Shown here one piece after another: positions 51,201 to 64,000 of a DNA stretch of 64,000 nucleotides; position 1 is the first letter of the stretch, and every line of letters starts with the position of its first letter. The translations under genes and the position numbers were made by a program. The notes beneath the pieces were generated by a model. It had not been told where the DNA came from and ran no database searches. It worked only from the letters and a program-made list of their open reading frames with translations. This stretch comes from Yuukianura sp. NJ FZ-2021 (lineage: Eukaryota), in assembly GCA_046563655.1 (NCBI GenBank), contig CM102283.1:4154001-4218000 (forward strand), in the 5' to 3' direction.

Positions 51201-54200
51201 TGCTAGGGGCAATTGACAACTACGGTGGGTCTCCTTGCGGTCAGATAATGATGTGGTTATTTAGAGACATTTTGTAACATTTTGTGACATTCGACGACGA
51301 AAAACGACAAATGTTGAAGTTCAGTTAATTTGACAAACATGCTTCTGTGGGCTTATGTTTGACGAGATTTACTCGACACGCGTTTCGTGAGGTAAGCCGT
51401 TCGAAAAACCACCTTGAGATGAAGATTAGGAAGCGTTCTGTTTATTTGACCGTGAGGTAAACAGGGAATTCATCTCGTTCTTATTTGTTGGGCAATATTT
51501 ACTTTACACTATCGGCAAGCCTTAAAAAAAGACCGCTGTAACGAGACAAATGCAAGGGGCTATTGACAACTACAGTAGGTCTCCATTTGGTCAGATAATG
51601 ATGTGGTTATTTAGACACATTTTGTAACATTTTGTGACATTCGACGACAAAAAAAACGACAAATATTGAAGTTCAGTTAATTTGACAAACATGCTTCTGT
51701 GAGCTTATGTTTGACCAGATTTACTCGACACACGTCTTTTGAAGTAAGTGGTTCGATAAACCACCTTGAGATGAAGAACAGGAAGCGTTATGTTTATTTG
51801 ACCGGGAGTAAACAGGGAATTCATCTCGTTGTTATTTGTTGGGCAATATTTACTTTACACTGTCGGCACGCCTAAAAAGAAGACCGCTGTCACGAGCCAA
51901 ATGCTATGGGCAATTGACAACTTCAGTGGGTCTCCTTGCGGTCAGATAATGATGTGGTTATTTAGAGACATTTTGTAACATTTTGTGACATTCGACGACA
52001 AAAAACGACAAATGTAGAAGTTCAGTTAATTTGACAAACATGCTTCTGTGAGCTTATGTTTGACGAGATTTACTCGACACACGTCTCTTGAGGTAAGTGG
52101 TTCGATAAACCACCTTGAGATGAAGAATAGGAAGCGTTATGTTTATTTGACCGGGAGTAAACAGGGAATTCATCTCGTTGTTATTTGTTTTCCAATATTT
52201 ACTTTATAGTGTCGGCACGCCTAAAAAGAAGACCGCTGTCACGAGCCAAATGCTATGGGCAATTGACAACTACAGTGGGTCTCCTTGCGGTCAGATAATG
52301 ATGTGGTTATTTAGAGACATTTTGTAACATTTTGTGACATTCGACGACGAAAAACGACAGATGTTGAAGTTCAGTTAATTTGACAAACATGCTTCTGTGG
52401 GCTTATGTTTGACGAGATTTACTCTACACGCGTTTCGTGAGGTAAGCCGTTCGAAAAACCACCTTGAGATGAAGAATAGGAAGCGTTCTGTTTATTTCAC
52501 CGGGAGGTAAATATGGAATTCATCTCGTTGTTATTTGTTGGGCAATATTTACTTTACACTGTCGGCAAGCCTTAAAAAAAGACCGCTGTAACGAGCCAAA
52601 TGCAAGGGGCTATTGACAACTACGGTGGGTCTCCTTGCGGTCAGATAATGATGTGGTTATTTAGAGACATTTTGTAACATTTTGTGACATTCGACGACAA
52701 AAAACGACAAATGTTGAAGTTCAGTTAATTTGACAAACATGCTTCTGTGAGCTTATGTTTGACGAGATTTACTCGACACACGTCTCTTGAGGTAAGTGGT
52801 TTGATAAACCACCTTGAGGTGAAGAATAGGAAGCGTTATGTTTATTTGACCGGGAGTAAACAGGGAATTCATCTCGTTGTTATTTGTTTTCCAATATTTA
52901 CTTTATAGTGTCGGCACGCCTAAAAAGAAGACCGCTGTCACGAGCCAAATGCTATGGGCAATTGACAACTACAGTGGGTCTCCTTCCGGTCAGATAATGA
53001 TGTGGTTATTTAGAGACATTTTGTAACATTTTGTGACATTCGACGACGAAAAACGACAAATGTTGAAGTTCAGTTAATTTGACAAAGATGCTTCTGTGGG
53101 CTTATGTTTGACGAGATTTACTCGACACGCGTTTCGTGAGGTAAGCCGTTTGAAAAACCACCTTGAGATGAAGAATAGGAAGCGTTCTGTTTATTTCACC
53201 GGGAGGTAAATATGGAATTCATCTCGTTGTTATTTGTTGGGCAATATTTACTTTACACTGTCGGCACGCCTAAAAAGAAGACCGCTGTCACGAGCCAAAT
53301 GCTATGGGCAATTGACAACTTCAGTGGGTCTCCTTGCGGTCAGATAATGATGTGGTTATTTAGAGACATTTTGTAACATTTTGTGACATTCGACGACAAA
53401 AAACGACAAATGTTGAAATTCAGTTAATTTGACAAACATGCTTCTGTGGGCTTATGTTTGACGAGATTTACTCGACACGCGTTTCGTGAGGTAAGCCGTT
53501 CGAAAAACCACCTTGAGATGAAGAATAGGAAGCGTTCTGTTTATTTCACCGGGAGGTAAATATGGAATTCATCTCGTTGTTATTTGTTGGGCAATATTTA
53601 CTTTACACTGTCGGCAAGCCTTAAAAAAAGACCGCTGTAACGAGCCAAATGCAAGGGGCTATTGACAACTACAGTAGGTCTCCATGTGGTCAGATGATGA
53701 TGTGGTTATTTAGAGACATTTTGTGACATTCGACGACAAAAAGCGACAAATGTTGAAGTTCAGTTAATTTGACAAACATGCTTCTGTGAGCTTATGTTTG
53801 ACGAGATTTACTCGACACACGTCTCTTGAGGTAAGTGGTTCGATAAACCACCTTGAGGTGAAGAATAGGAAGCGTTATGTTTATTTGACCGGGAGTAAAC
53901 AGGGAATTCATCTCGTTGTTATTTGTTTTCCAATATTTACTTTATAGTGTCGGCACGCCTAAAAAGAAGACCGCTGTCACGAGCCAAATGCTATGGGCAA
54001 TTGACAACTACAGTGGGTCTCCTTGCGGTCAGATAATGATGTGGTTATTTAGAGACATTTTGTAACATTTTGTGACATTCGACGACGAAAAACGACAGAT
54101 GTTGAAGTTCAGTTAATTTGACAAACATGCTTCTGTGGGCTTATGTTTGACGAGATTTACTCTACACGCGTTTCGTGAGGTAAGCCGTTCGAAAAACCAC

Positions 54201-57200
54201 CTTGAGATGAAGAATAGGAAGCGTTCTGTTTATTTCACCGGGAGGTAAATATGGAATTCATCTCGTTGTTATTTGTTGGGCAATATTTACGTTACACTGT
54301 CGGCAAGCCTTAAAAAAGACCGCTGTAACGAGCCAAATGCAAGGGGCTATTGACAACTACGGTGGGTCTCCTTGCGGTCAGATAATGATGTGGTTATTTA
54401 GAGACATTTTGTAACATTTTGTGACATTCGACGACAAAAAACGACAAATGTTGAAGTTCAGTTAATTTGACAAACATGCTTCTGTGAGCTTATGTTTGAC
54501 GAGATTTACTCGACACACGTCTCTTGAGGTAAGTGGTTTGATAAACCACCTTGAGGTGAAGAATAGGAAGCGTTATGTTTATTTGACCGGGAGTAAACAG
54601 GGAATTCATCTCGTTGTTATTTGTTTTCCAATATTTACTTTATAGTGTCGGCACGCCTAAAAAGAAGACCGCTGTCACGAGCCAAATGCTATGGGCAATT
54701 GACAACTACAGTGGGTCTCCTTCCGGTCAGATAATGATGTGGTTATTTAGAGACATTTTGTAACATTTTGTGACATTCGACGACGAAAAACGACAAATGT
54801 TGAAGTTCAGTTAATTTGACAAAGATGCTTCTGTGGGCTTATGTTTGACGAGATTTACTCGACACGCGTTTCGTGAGGTAAGCCGTTTGAAAAACCACCT
54901 TGAGATGAAGAATAGGAAGCGTTCTGTTTATTTCACCGGGAGGTAAATATGGAATTCATCTCGTTGTTATTTGTTGGGCAATATTTACTTTACACTGTCG
55001 GCACGCCTAAAAAGAAGACCGCTGTCACGAGCCAAATGCTATGGGCAATTGACAACTTCAGTGGGTCTCCTTGCGGTCAGATAATGATGTGGTTATTTAG
55101 AGACATTTTGTAACATTTTGTGACATTCGACGACAAAAAACGACAAATGTTGAAATTCAGTTAATTTGACAAACATGCTTCTGTGGGCTTATGTTTGACG
55201 AGATTTACTCGACACGCGTTTCGTGAGGTAAGCCGTTCGAAAAACCACCTTGAGATGAAGAATAGGAAGCGTTCTGTTTATTTCACCGGGAGGTAAATAT
55301 GGAATTCATCTCGTTGTTATTTGTTGGGCAATATTTACTTTACACTGTCGGCAAGCCTTAAAAAAAGACCGCTGTAACGAGCCAAATGCAAGGGGCTATT
55401 GACAACTACAGTAGGTCTCCATGTGGTCAGATGATGATGTGGTTATTTAGAGACATTTTGTGACATTCGACGACAAAAAGCGACAAATGTTGAAGTTCAG
55501 TTAATTTGACAAACATGCTTCTGTGAGCTTATGTTTGACGAGATTTACTCGACACACGTCTCTTGAGGTAAGTGGTTCGATAAACCACCTTGAGGTGAAG
55601 AATAGGAAGCGTTATGTTTATTTGACCGGGAGTAAACAGGGAATTCATCTCGTTGTTATTTGTTTTCCAATATTTACTTTATAGTGTCGGCACGCCTAAA
55701 AAGAAGACCGCTGTCACGAGCCAAATGCTATGGGCAATTGACAACTACGGTGGGTCTCCTTGCGGTCAGATAATGATGTGGTTATTTAGAGACATTTTGT
55801 AACATTTTGTGACATTCGACGACGAAAAACGACAAATGTTGAAGTTCAGTTAATTTGACAAACATGCTTCTGTGGGCTTATGTTTGACGAGATTTACTCG
55901 ACACGCGTTTCGTGAGGTAAGCCGTTCGAAAAACCACCTTGAGATGAAGATTAGGAAGCGTTCTGTTTATTTGACCGTGAGGTAAACAGGGAATTCATCT
56001 CGTTCTTATTTGTTGGGCAATATTTACTTTACACTATCGGCAAGCCTTAAAAAAGACCGCTGTAACGAGGCAAATGCAAGGGGCTATTGACAACTACAGT
56101 AGGTCTCCATTTGGTCAGATAATGATGTGGTTATTTAGACACATTTTGTAACATTTTGTGACATTCGACGACAAAAAAAACGACAAATGTTGAAGTTCAG
56201 TTAATTTGACAAACATGCTTCTGTGAGCTTATGTTTGACCAGATTTACTCGACACACGTCTTTTGAAGTAAGTGGTTCGATAAACCACCTTGAGATGAAG
56301 AATAGGAAGCGTTATGTTTATTTGACCGGGAGTAAACAGGGAATTCATCTCGTTGTTATTTGTTGGGCAATATTTACTTTACACTGTCGGCACGCCTAAA
56401 AAGAAGACCGCTGTCACGAGCCAAATGCTATGGGCAATTGACAACTTCAGTGGGTCTCCTTGCGGTCAGATAATGATGTGGTTATTTAGAGACATTTTGT
56501 AACATTTTGTGACATTCGACGACAAAAAACGACAAATGTTGAAGTTCAGTTAATTTGACAAACATGCTTCTGTGAGCTTATGTTTGACGAGATTTACTCG
56601 ACACACGTCTCTTGAGGTAAGTGGTTCGATAAACCACCTTGAGATGAAGAATAGGAAGCGTTATGTTTATTTGACCGGGAGTAAACAGGGAATTCATCTC
56701 GTTGTTATTTGTTTTCCAATATTTACTTTATAGTGTCGGCACGCCTAAAAAGAAGACCGCTGTCACGAGCCAAATGCTATGGGCAATTGACAACTACAGT
56801 GGGTCTCCTTGCGGTCAGATAATGATGTGGTTATTTAGAGACATTTTGTAACATTTTGTGACATTCGACGACGAAAAACGACAGATGTTGAAGTTCAGTT
56901 AATTTGACAAACATGCTTCTGTGGGCTTATGTTTGACGAGATTTACTCTACACGCGTTTCGTGAGGTAAGCCGTTCGAAAAACCACCTTGAGATGAAGAA
57001 TAGGAAGCGTTCTGTTTATTTCACCGGGAGGTAAATATGGAATTCATCTCGTTGTTATTTGTTGGGCAATATTTACTTTACACTGTCGGCAAGCCTTAAA
57101 AAAAGACCGCTGTAACGAGACAAATGCAAGGGGCTATTGACAACTACAGTAGGTCTCCATTTGGTCAGATAATGATGTGGTTATTTAGACACATTTTGTA

Positions 57201-60200
57201 ACATTTTGTGACATTCGACGACAAAAAAAACGACAAATGTTGAAGTTCAGTTAATTTGACAAACATGCTTCTGTGAGCTTATGTTTGACCAGATTTACTC
57301 GACACACGTCTTTTGAAGTAAGTGGTTCGATAAACCACCTTGAGATGAAGAATAGGAAGCGTTATGTTTATTTGACCGGGAGTAAACAGGGAATTCATCT
57401 CGTTGTTATTTGTTGGGCAATATTTACTTTACACTGTCGGCACGCCTAAAAAGAAGACCGCTGTCACGAGCCAAATGCTATGGGCAATTGACAACTTCAG
57501 TGGGTCTCCTTGCGGTCAGATAATGATGTGGTTATTTAGAGACATTTTGTAACATTTTGTGACATTCGACGACAAAAAACGACAAATGTTGAAGTTCAGT
57601 TAATTTGACAAACATGCTTCTGTGAGTTTATGTTTGACGAGATTTACTCGACACACGTCTCTTGAGGTAAGTGGTTTGATAAACCACCTTGAGGTGAAGA
57701 ATAGGAAGCGTTATGTTTATTTGACCGGGAGTAAACAGGGAATTCATCTCGTTGTTATTTGTTTTCCAATATTTACTTTATAGTGTCGGCACGCCTAAAA
57801 AGAAGACCGCTGTCACGAGCCAAATGCTATGGGCAATTGACAACTACAGTGGGTCTCCTTCCGGTCAGATAATGATGTGGTTATTTAGAGACATTTTGTA
57901 ACATTTTGTGACATTCGACGACGAAAAACGACAAATGTTGAAGTTCAGTTAATTTGACAAAGATGCTTCTGTGGGCTTATGTTTGACGAGATTTACTCGA
58001 CACGCGTTTCGTGAGGTAAGCCGTTTGAAAAACCACCTTGAGATGAAGAATAGGAAGCGTTCTGTTTATTTCACCGGGAGGTAAATATGGAATTCATCTC
58101 GTTGTTATTTGTTGGGCAATATTTACTTTACACTGTCGGCACGCCTAAAAAGAAGACCGCTGTCACGAGCCAAATGCTATGGGCAATTGACAACTTCAGT
58201 GGGTCTCCTTGCGGTCAGATAATGATGTGGTTATTTAGAGACATTTTGTAACATTTTGTGACATTCGACGACAAAAAACGACAAATGTTGAAGTTCAGTT
58301 AATTTGACAAACATGCTTCTGTGGGCTTATGTTTGACGAGATTTACTCGACACGCGTTTCGTGAGGTAAGCCGTTCGAAAAACCACCTTGAGATGAAGAA
58401 TAGGAAGCGTTCTGTTTATTTCACCGGGAGGTAAATATGGAATTCATCTCGTTGTTATTTGTTGGGCAATATTTACTTTACACTGTCGGCAAGCCTTAAA
58501 AAAAGACCGCTGTAACGAGCCAAATGCAAGGGGCTATTGACAACTACAGTAGGTCTCCATGTGGTCAGATGATGATGTGGTTATTTAGAGACATTTTGTA
58601 ACATTTTGTGACATTCGACGACAAAAAGCGACAAATGTTGAAGTTCAGTTAATTTGACAAACATGCTTCTGTGAGCTTATGTTTGACGAGATTTACTCGA
58701 CACACGTCTCTTGAGGTAAGTGGTTCGATAAACCACCTTGAGATGAAGAATAAGAAGCGTTATGTTTATTTGACCGGGAGTAAACAGGGAATTCATCTCG
58801 TTGTTATTTGTTTTCCAATATTTACTTTATCTTGCCGGCACGCCTAAAAGAAGACCGCTGTCACGAGCCAACTGCTATGGGCAATTGACAACTACAGTGG
58901 GTCTCCTTGCGGTCAGATAATGATGTGGTTATTTAGAGACATTTTGTAACATTTTGTGACATTCGACGACGAAAAACGACAGATGTTGAATTTCAGTTAA
59001 TTTGACAAACATGCTTCTGTGGGCTTATGTTTGACGAGATTTACTCGACACGCGTTTCGTGAGGTAAGCCGTTTGAAAAACCACCTTGAGATGAAGAATA
59101 GGAAGCGTTCTGTTTATTTCACCGGGAGGTAAATATGGAATTCATCTCGTTGTTATTTGTTGGGCAATATTTACTTTACACTGTCGGCACGCCTAAAAAG
59201 AAGACCGCTGTCACGAGCCAAATGCTATGGGCAATTGACAACTTCAGTGGGTCTCCTTGCGGTCAGATAATGATGTGGTTATTTAGAGACATTTTGTAAC
59301 ATTTTGTGACATTCGACGACAAAAAACGACAAATGTTGAAGTTCAGTTAATTTGACAAACATGCTTCTGTGGGCTTATGTTTGACGAGATTTACTCGACA
59401 CGCGTTTCGTGAGGTAAGCCGTTCGAAAAACCACCTTGAGATGAAGAATAGGAAGCGTTCTGTTTATTTCACCGGGAGGTAAATATGGAATTCATCTCGT
59501 TGTTATTTGTTGGGCAATATTTACTTTACACTGTCGGCAAGCCTTAAAAAAAGACCGCTGTAACGAGCCAAATGCAAGGGGCTATTGACAACTACAGTAG
59601 GTCTCCATGTGGTCAGATGATGATGTGGTTATTTAGAGACATTTTGTAACATTTTGTGACATTCGACGACAAAAAACGACAAATGTTGAAGTTCAGTTAA
59701 TTTGACAAACATGCTTCTGTGAGCTTATGTTTGACGAGATTTACTCGACACACGTCTCTTGAGGTAAGTGGTTCGATAAACCACCTTGAGATGAAGAATA
59801 AGAAGCGTTATGTTTATTTGACCGGGAGTAAACAGGGAATTCATCTCGTTGTTATTTGTTTTCCAATATTTACTTTATCTTGCCGGCACGCCTAAAAAGA
59901 AGACCGCTGTCACGAGCCAACTGCTATGGGCAATTGACAACTACAGTGGGTCTCCTTGCGGTCAGATAATGATGTGGTTATTTAGAGACATTTTGTAACA
60001 TTTTGTGACATTCGACGACGAAAAACGACAGATGTTGAATTTCAGTTAATTTGACAAACATGCTTCTGTGGGCTTATGTTTGACGAGATTTACTCGACAC
60101 GCGTTTCGTGAGGTAAGCCGTTCGAAAAACCACCTTGAGATGAAGAATAGGAAGCGTTCTGTTTATTTCACCGGGAGGTAAATATGGAATTCATCTCGTT

Positions 60201-63200
60201 GTTATTTGTTTTCCAATATTTACCTTATAGTGTCGGCACGCCTAAAAAGAAGACCGCTGTCACGAGCCAAATGCTATGGGCAATTGACAACTACAGTGGG
60301 TCTCCTTGCGGTCAGATAATGATGTGGTTATTTAGAGACATTTTGTAACATTTTGTGACATTCGACGACAAAAAATGACAAATGTTGAAGTTAGTTAAGT
60401 TGACAAACATGCTTCTGTGAGCTTATGTTTGACGAGATTTACTCGACACACGTCTCTTGAGGTAAGTGGTTCGATAAACCATCTTGAGATGAAGAATAGG
60501 AAGCGTTATGTTTATTTGACCGGGAGTAAACAGGAAATTCATCTCGTTGTTATTTCATTTCCAATATTTACTTTATAGTGTCGGCACGCCTAAAACGAAG
60601 ACCGCTGTCACGAGCCAAATGCTATGGGCAATTGACAACTACAGTGGGTCTCCTTGCGGTCAGATAATGATGTGGTTATTTAGAGACATTTTGTAACATT
60701 TTGTGACATTCGACGACGAAAAACGACAGATGTTGAAGTTCAGTTAATTTGACAAACATGCTTCTGTGGGCTTATGTTTGACGAGATTTACTCGACACGC
60801 GTTTCGTGAGGTAAGCCGTTCGAAAAACCACCTTGAGATGAAGAATAGGAAGCGTTCTGTTTATTTCACCGGGAGGTAAATATGGAATTCATCTCGTTGT
60901 TATTTGTTTTCCAATATTTACTTTATAGTGTCGGCACGCCTAAAAAGAAGACCGCTGTCACGAGCCAAATGCTATGGGCAATTGACAACTACAGTGGGTC
61001 TCCTTGCGGTCAGATAATGATGTGGTTATTTAGAGACATTTTGTAACATTTTGTGACATTCGACGACAAAAAATGACAAATGTTGAAGTTCAGTTAATTT
61101 GACAAACATGCTTCTGTGAGCTTATGTTTGACGAGATTTACTCGACACACGTCTCTTGAGGTAAGTGGTTTGATAAACCACCTTGAGATGAAGAATAGGA
61201 AGCGTTATGTTTATTTGACCGGGAGTAAACAGGGAATTCATCTCGTTGTTATTTGTTTTCCAATATTTACTTTATAGTGTCGGCACGCCTAAAAAGAAGA
61301 CCGCTGTCACGAGCCAAATGCTATGGGCAATTGACAACTACAGTGGGTCTCCTTCCGGTCAGATAATGATGTGGTTATTTAGAGACATTTTGTAACATTT
61401 TGTGACATTTCGACGACGAAAAACGACAAATGTTGAAGTTCAGTTAATTTGACAAAGATGCTTCTGTGGGCTCATGTTTGACGAGATTTACTCGACACGC
61501 GTTTCGTGAGGTAAGCCGTTTGAAAAACCACCTTGAGATGAAGAATAGGAAGCGTTCTGTTTATTTCACCGGGAGGTAAATATGGAATTCATCTCGTTGT
61601 TATTTGTTGGGCAATATTTACTTTACACTGTCGGCACGCCTAAAAAGAAGACCGCTGTCACGAGCCAAATGCTATGGGCAATTGACAACTTCAGTGGGTC
61701 TCCTTGCGGTCAGATAATGATGTGGTTATTTAGAGACATTTTGTAACATTTTGTGACATTCGACGACGAAAAACGACAGATGTTGAAGTTCAGTTAATTT
61801 GACAAACATGCTTCTGTGAGCTTATGTTTGACGAGATTTACTCGACACACGTCTCTTGAGGTAAGTGGTTTGATAAACCACCTTGAGATGAAGAATAGGA
61901 AGCGTTATGTTTATTTGACCGGGAGTAAACAGGGAATTCATCTCGTTGTTATTTGTTTTCCAATATTTACTTTATAGTGTCGGCACGCCTAAAAAGAAGA
62001 CCGCTGTCACGAGCCAAATGCTATGGGCAATTGACAACTACAGTGGGTCTCCTTCCGGTCAGATAATGATGTGGTTATTTAGAGACATTTTGTAACATTT
62101 TGTGACATTCGACGACGAAAAACGACAAATGTTGAAGTTCAGTTAATTTGACAAAGATGCTTCTGTGGGCTCATGTTTGACGAGATTTACTCGACACGCG
62201 TTTCGTGAGGTAAGCCGTTTGAAAAACCACCTTGAGATGAAGAATAGGAAGCGTTCTGTTTATTTCACCGGGAGGTAAATATGGAATTCATCTCGTTGTT
62301 ATTTGTTGGGCAATATTTACTTTACACTGTCGGCACGCCTAAAAAGAAGACCGCTGTCACGAGCCAAATGCTATGGGCAATTGACAACTTCAGTGGGTCT
62401 CCTTGCGGTCAGATAATGATGTGGTTATTTAGAGACATTTTGTAACATTTTGTGACATTCGACGACAAAAAACGACAAATGTTGAAGTTCAGTTAATTTG
62501 ACAAACATGCTTCTGTGGGCTTATGTTTGACGAGATTTACTCGACACGCGTTTCGTGAGGTAAGCCGTTCGAAAAACCACCTTGAGATGAAGAATAGGAA
62601 GCGTTCTGTTTATTTCACCGGGAGGTAAATATGGAATTCATCTCGTTGTTATTTGTTGGGCAATATTTACTTTACACTGTCGGCAAGCCTTAAAAAAAGA
62701 CCGCTGTAACGAGCCAAATGCAAGGGGCTATTGACAACTACAGTAGGTCTCCATGTGGTCAGATGATGATGTGGTTATTTAGAGACATTTTGTAACATTT
62801 TGTGACATTCGACGACAAAAAGCGACAAATGTTGAAGTTCAGTTAATTTGACAAACATGCTTCTGTGAGCTTATGTTTGACGAGATTTACTCGACACACG
62901 TCTCTTGAGGTAAGTGGTTCGATAAACCACCTTGAGATGAAGAATAAGAAGCGTTATGTTTATTTGACCGGGAGTAAACAGGGAATTCATCTCGTTGTTA
63001 TTTGTTTTCCAATATTTACTTTATCTTGCCGGCACGCCTAAAAAGAAGACCGCTGTCACGAGCCAACTGCTATGGGCAATTGACAACTACAGTGGGTCTC
63101 CTTGCGGTCAGATAATGATGTGGTTATTTAGAGACATTTTGTAACATTTTGTGACATTCGACGACGAAAAACGACAGATGTTGAAGTTCAGTTAATTTGA

Positions 63201-64000
63201 CAAACATGCTTCTGTGGGCTTATGTTTGACGAGATTTACTCGACACGCGTTTCGTGAGGTAAGCCGTTCGAAAAACCACCTTGAGATGAAGAATAGGAAG
63301 CGTTATGTTTATTTCACCGGGAGGTAAATATGGAATTCATCTCGTTGTTATTTGTTTTCCAATATTTACTTTATAGTGTCGGCACGCCTAAAAAGAAGAC
63401 CGCTGTCACGAGCCAAATGCTATGGGCAATTGACAACTACAGTGGGTCTCCTTGCGGTCAGATAATGATGTGGTTATTTAGAGACATTTTGTAACATTTT
63501 GTGACATTCGACGACAAAAAATGACAAATGTTGAAGTTCAGTTAATTTGACAAACATGCTTCTGTGAGCTTATGTTTGACGAGATTTACTCGACACACGT
63601 CTTTTGAGGTAAGTGGTTCGATAAACCATCTTGAGATGAAGAATAGGAAGCGTTATGTTTATTTGACCGGGAGTAAACAGGAAATTCATCTCGTTGTTAT
63701 TTCATTTCCAATATTTACTTTATAGTGTCGGCACGCCTAAAACGAAGACCGCTGTCACGAGCCAAATGCTATGGGCAATTGACAACTACAGTGGGTCTCC
63801 TTGCGGTCAGATAATGATGTGGTTATTTAGAGACATTTTGTAACATTTTGTGACATTCGACGACGAAAAACGACAGATGTTGAAGTTCAGTTAATTTGAC
63901 AAACATGCTTCTGTGGGCTTATGTTTGACGAGATTTACTCGACACGCGTTTCGTGAGGTAAGCCGTTCGAAAAACCACCTTGAGATGAAGAATAGGAAGC
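45218..64000. repeat. Satellite array 2: 349/350-bp monomer, about 54 copies, two subtypes, runs off the right edge
   Basis: tgtcggcacgcctaaaaagaagac starts at 45219, 45568, 45918, 46267, 46617, 46966, 47315 and onward. Subtype X (349 bp) has cacacgtctcttgagg...gaccgggagtaaacaggg...gttttccaat. Subtype Y (350 bp) has cacgcgtttcgtga...caccgggaggtaaatatgg...gttgggcaat. Confidence 0.98.

Noticed and set aside
45218-64000. Tandem 5S rRNA, tRNA, snRNA or spliced-leader gene array
   Set aside because: I recognise no such gene or Pol III internal promoter in the 350-mer; an Rfam scan would settle it.
1-64000. Assignment to a named satellite family or species from monomer length (e.g. rice CentO, 155 bp)
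   Set aside because: The length matches but I do not recognise the sequence, and no database search was possible.

Overview
The whole window is eukaryote-type tandem satellite DNA; I can support no intact gene, and the listed ORFs are repeat translations. It has three blocks. (1) 1-~44558 is an AT-rich 155-bp satellite organised in variable higher-order repeats (HORs). About 40 times it is interrupted by a ~185-bp non-satellite segment whose translation (..KFKSF..NGARH..GAVYQPKINSEAERFIQTFKYTL..) reads like a decayed Ty3/Gypsy integrase catalytic-core fragment, now a fixed, co-amplified part of the HOR. Insert-to-insert periods are 387 + n x 155 bp (697, 852, 1007, 1162, 1317, ~1628). The insert occurs as two alleles, A and B, and as A/B recombinants. 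(2) ~44553-45217 is a short junction of about 3 copies of an unrelated ~211-bp repeat. (3) ~45218-64000 is an unrelated 349/350-bp satellite of about 54 monomers, with two subtypes, 2-, 3-, 5- and 9-mer HORs, and many hairpins. The layout resembles a centromeric or pericentromeric satellite transition, but that is inference and I cannot identify the organism. A patch at ~27.96-29.0 kb looks like an assembly or consensus artefact.
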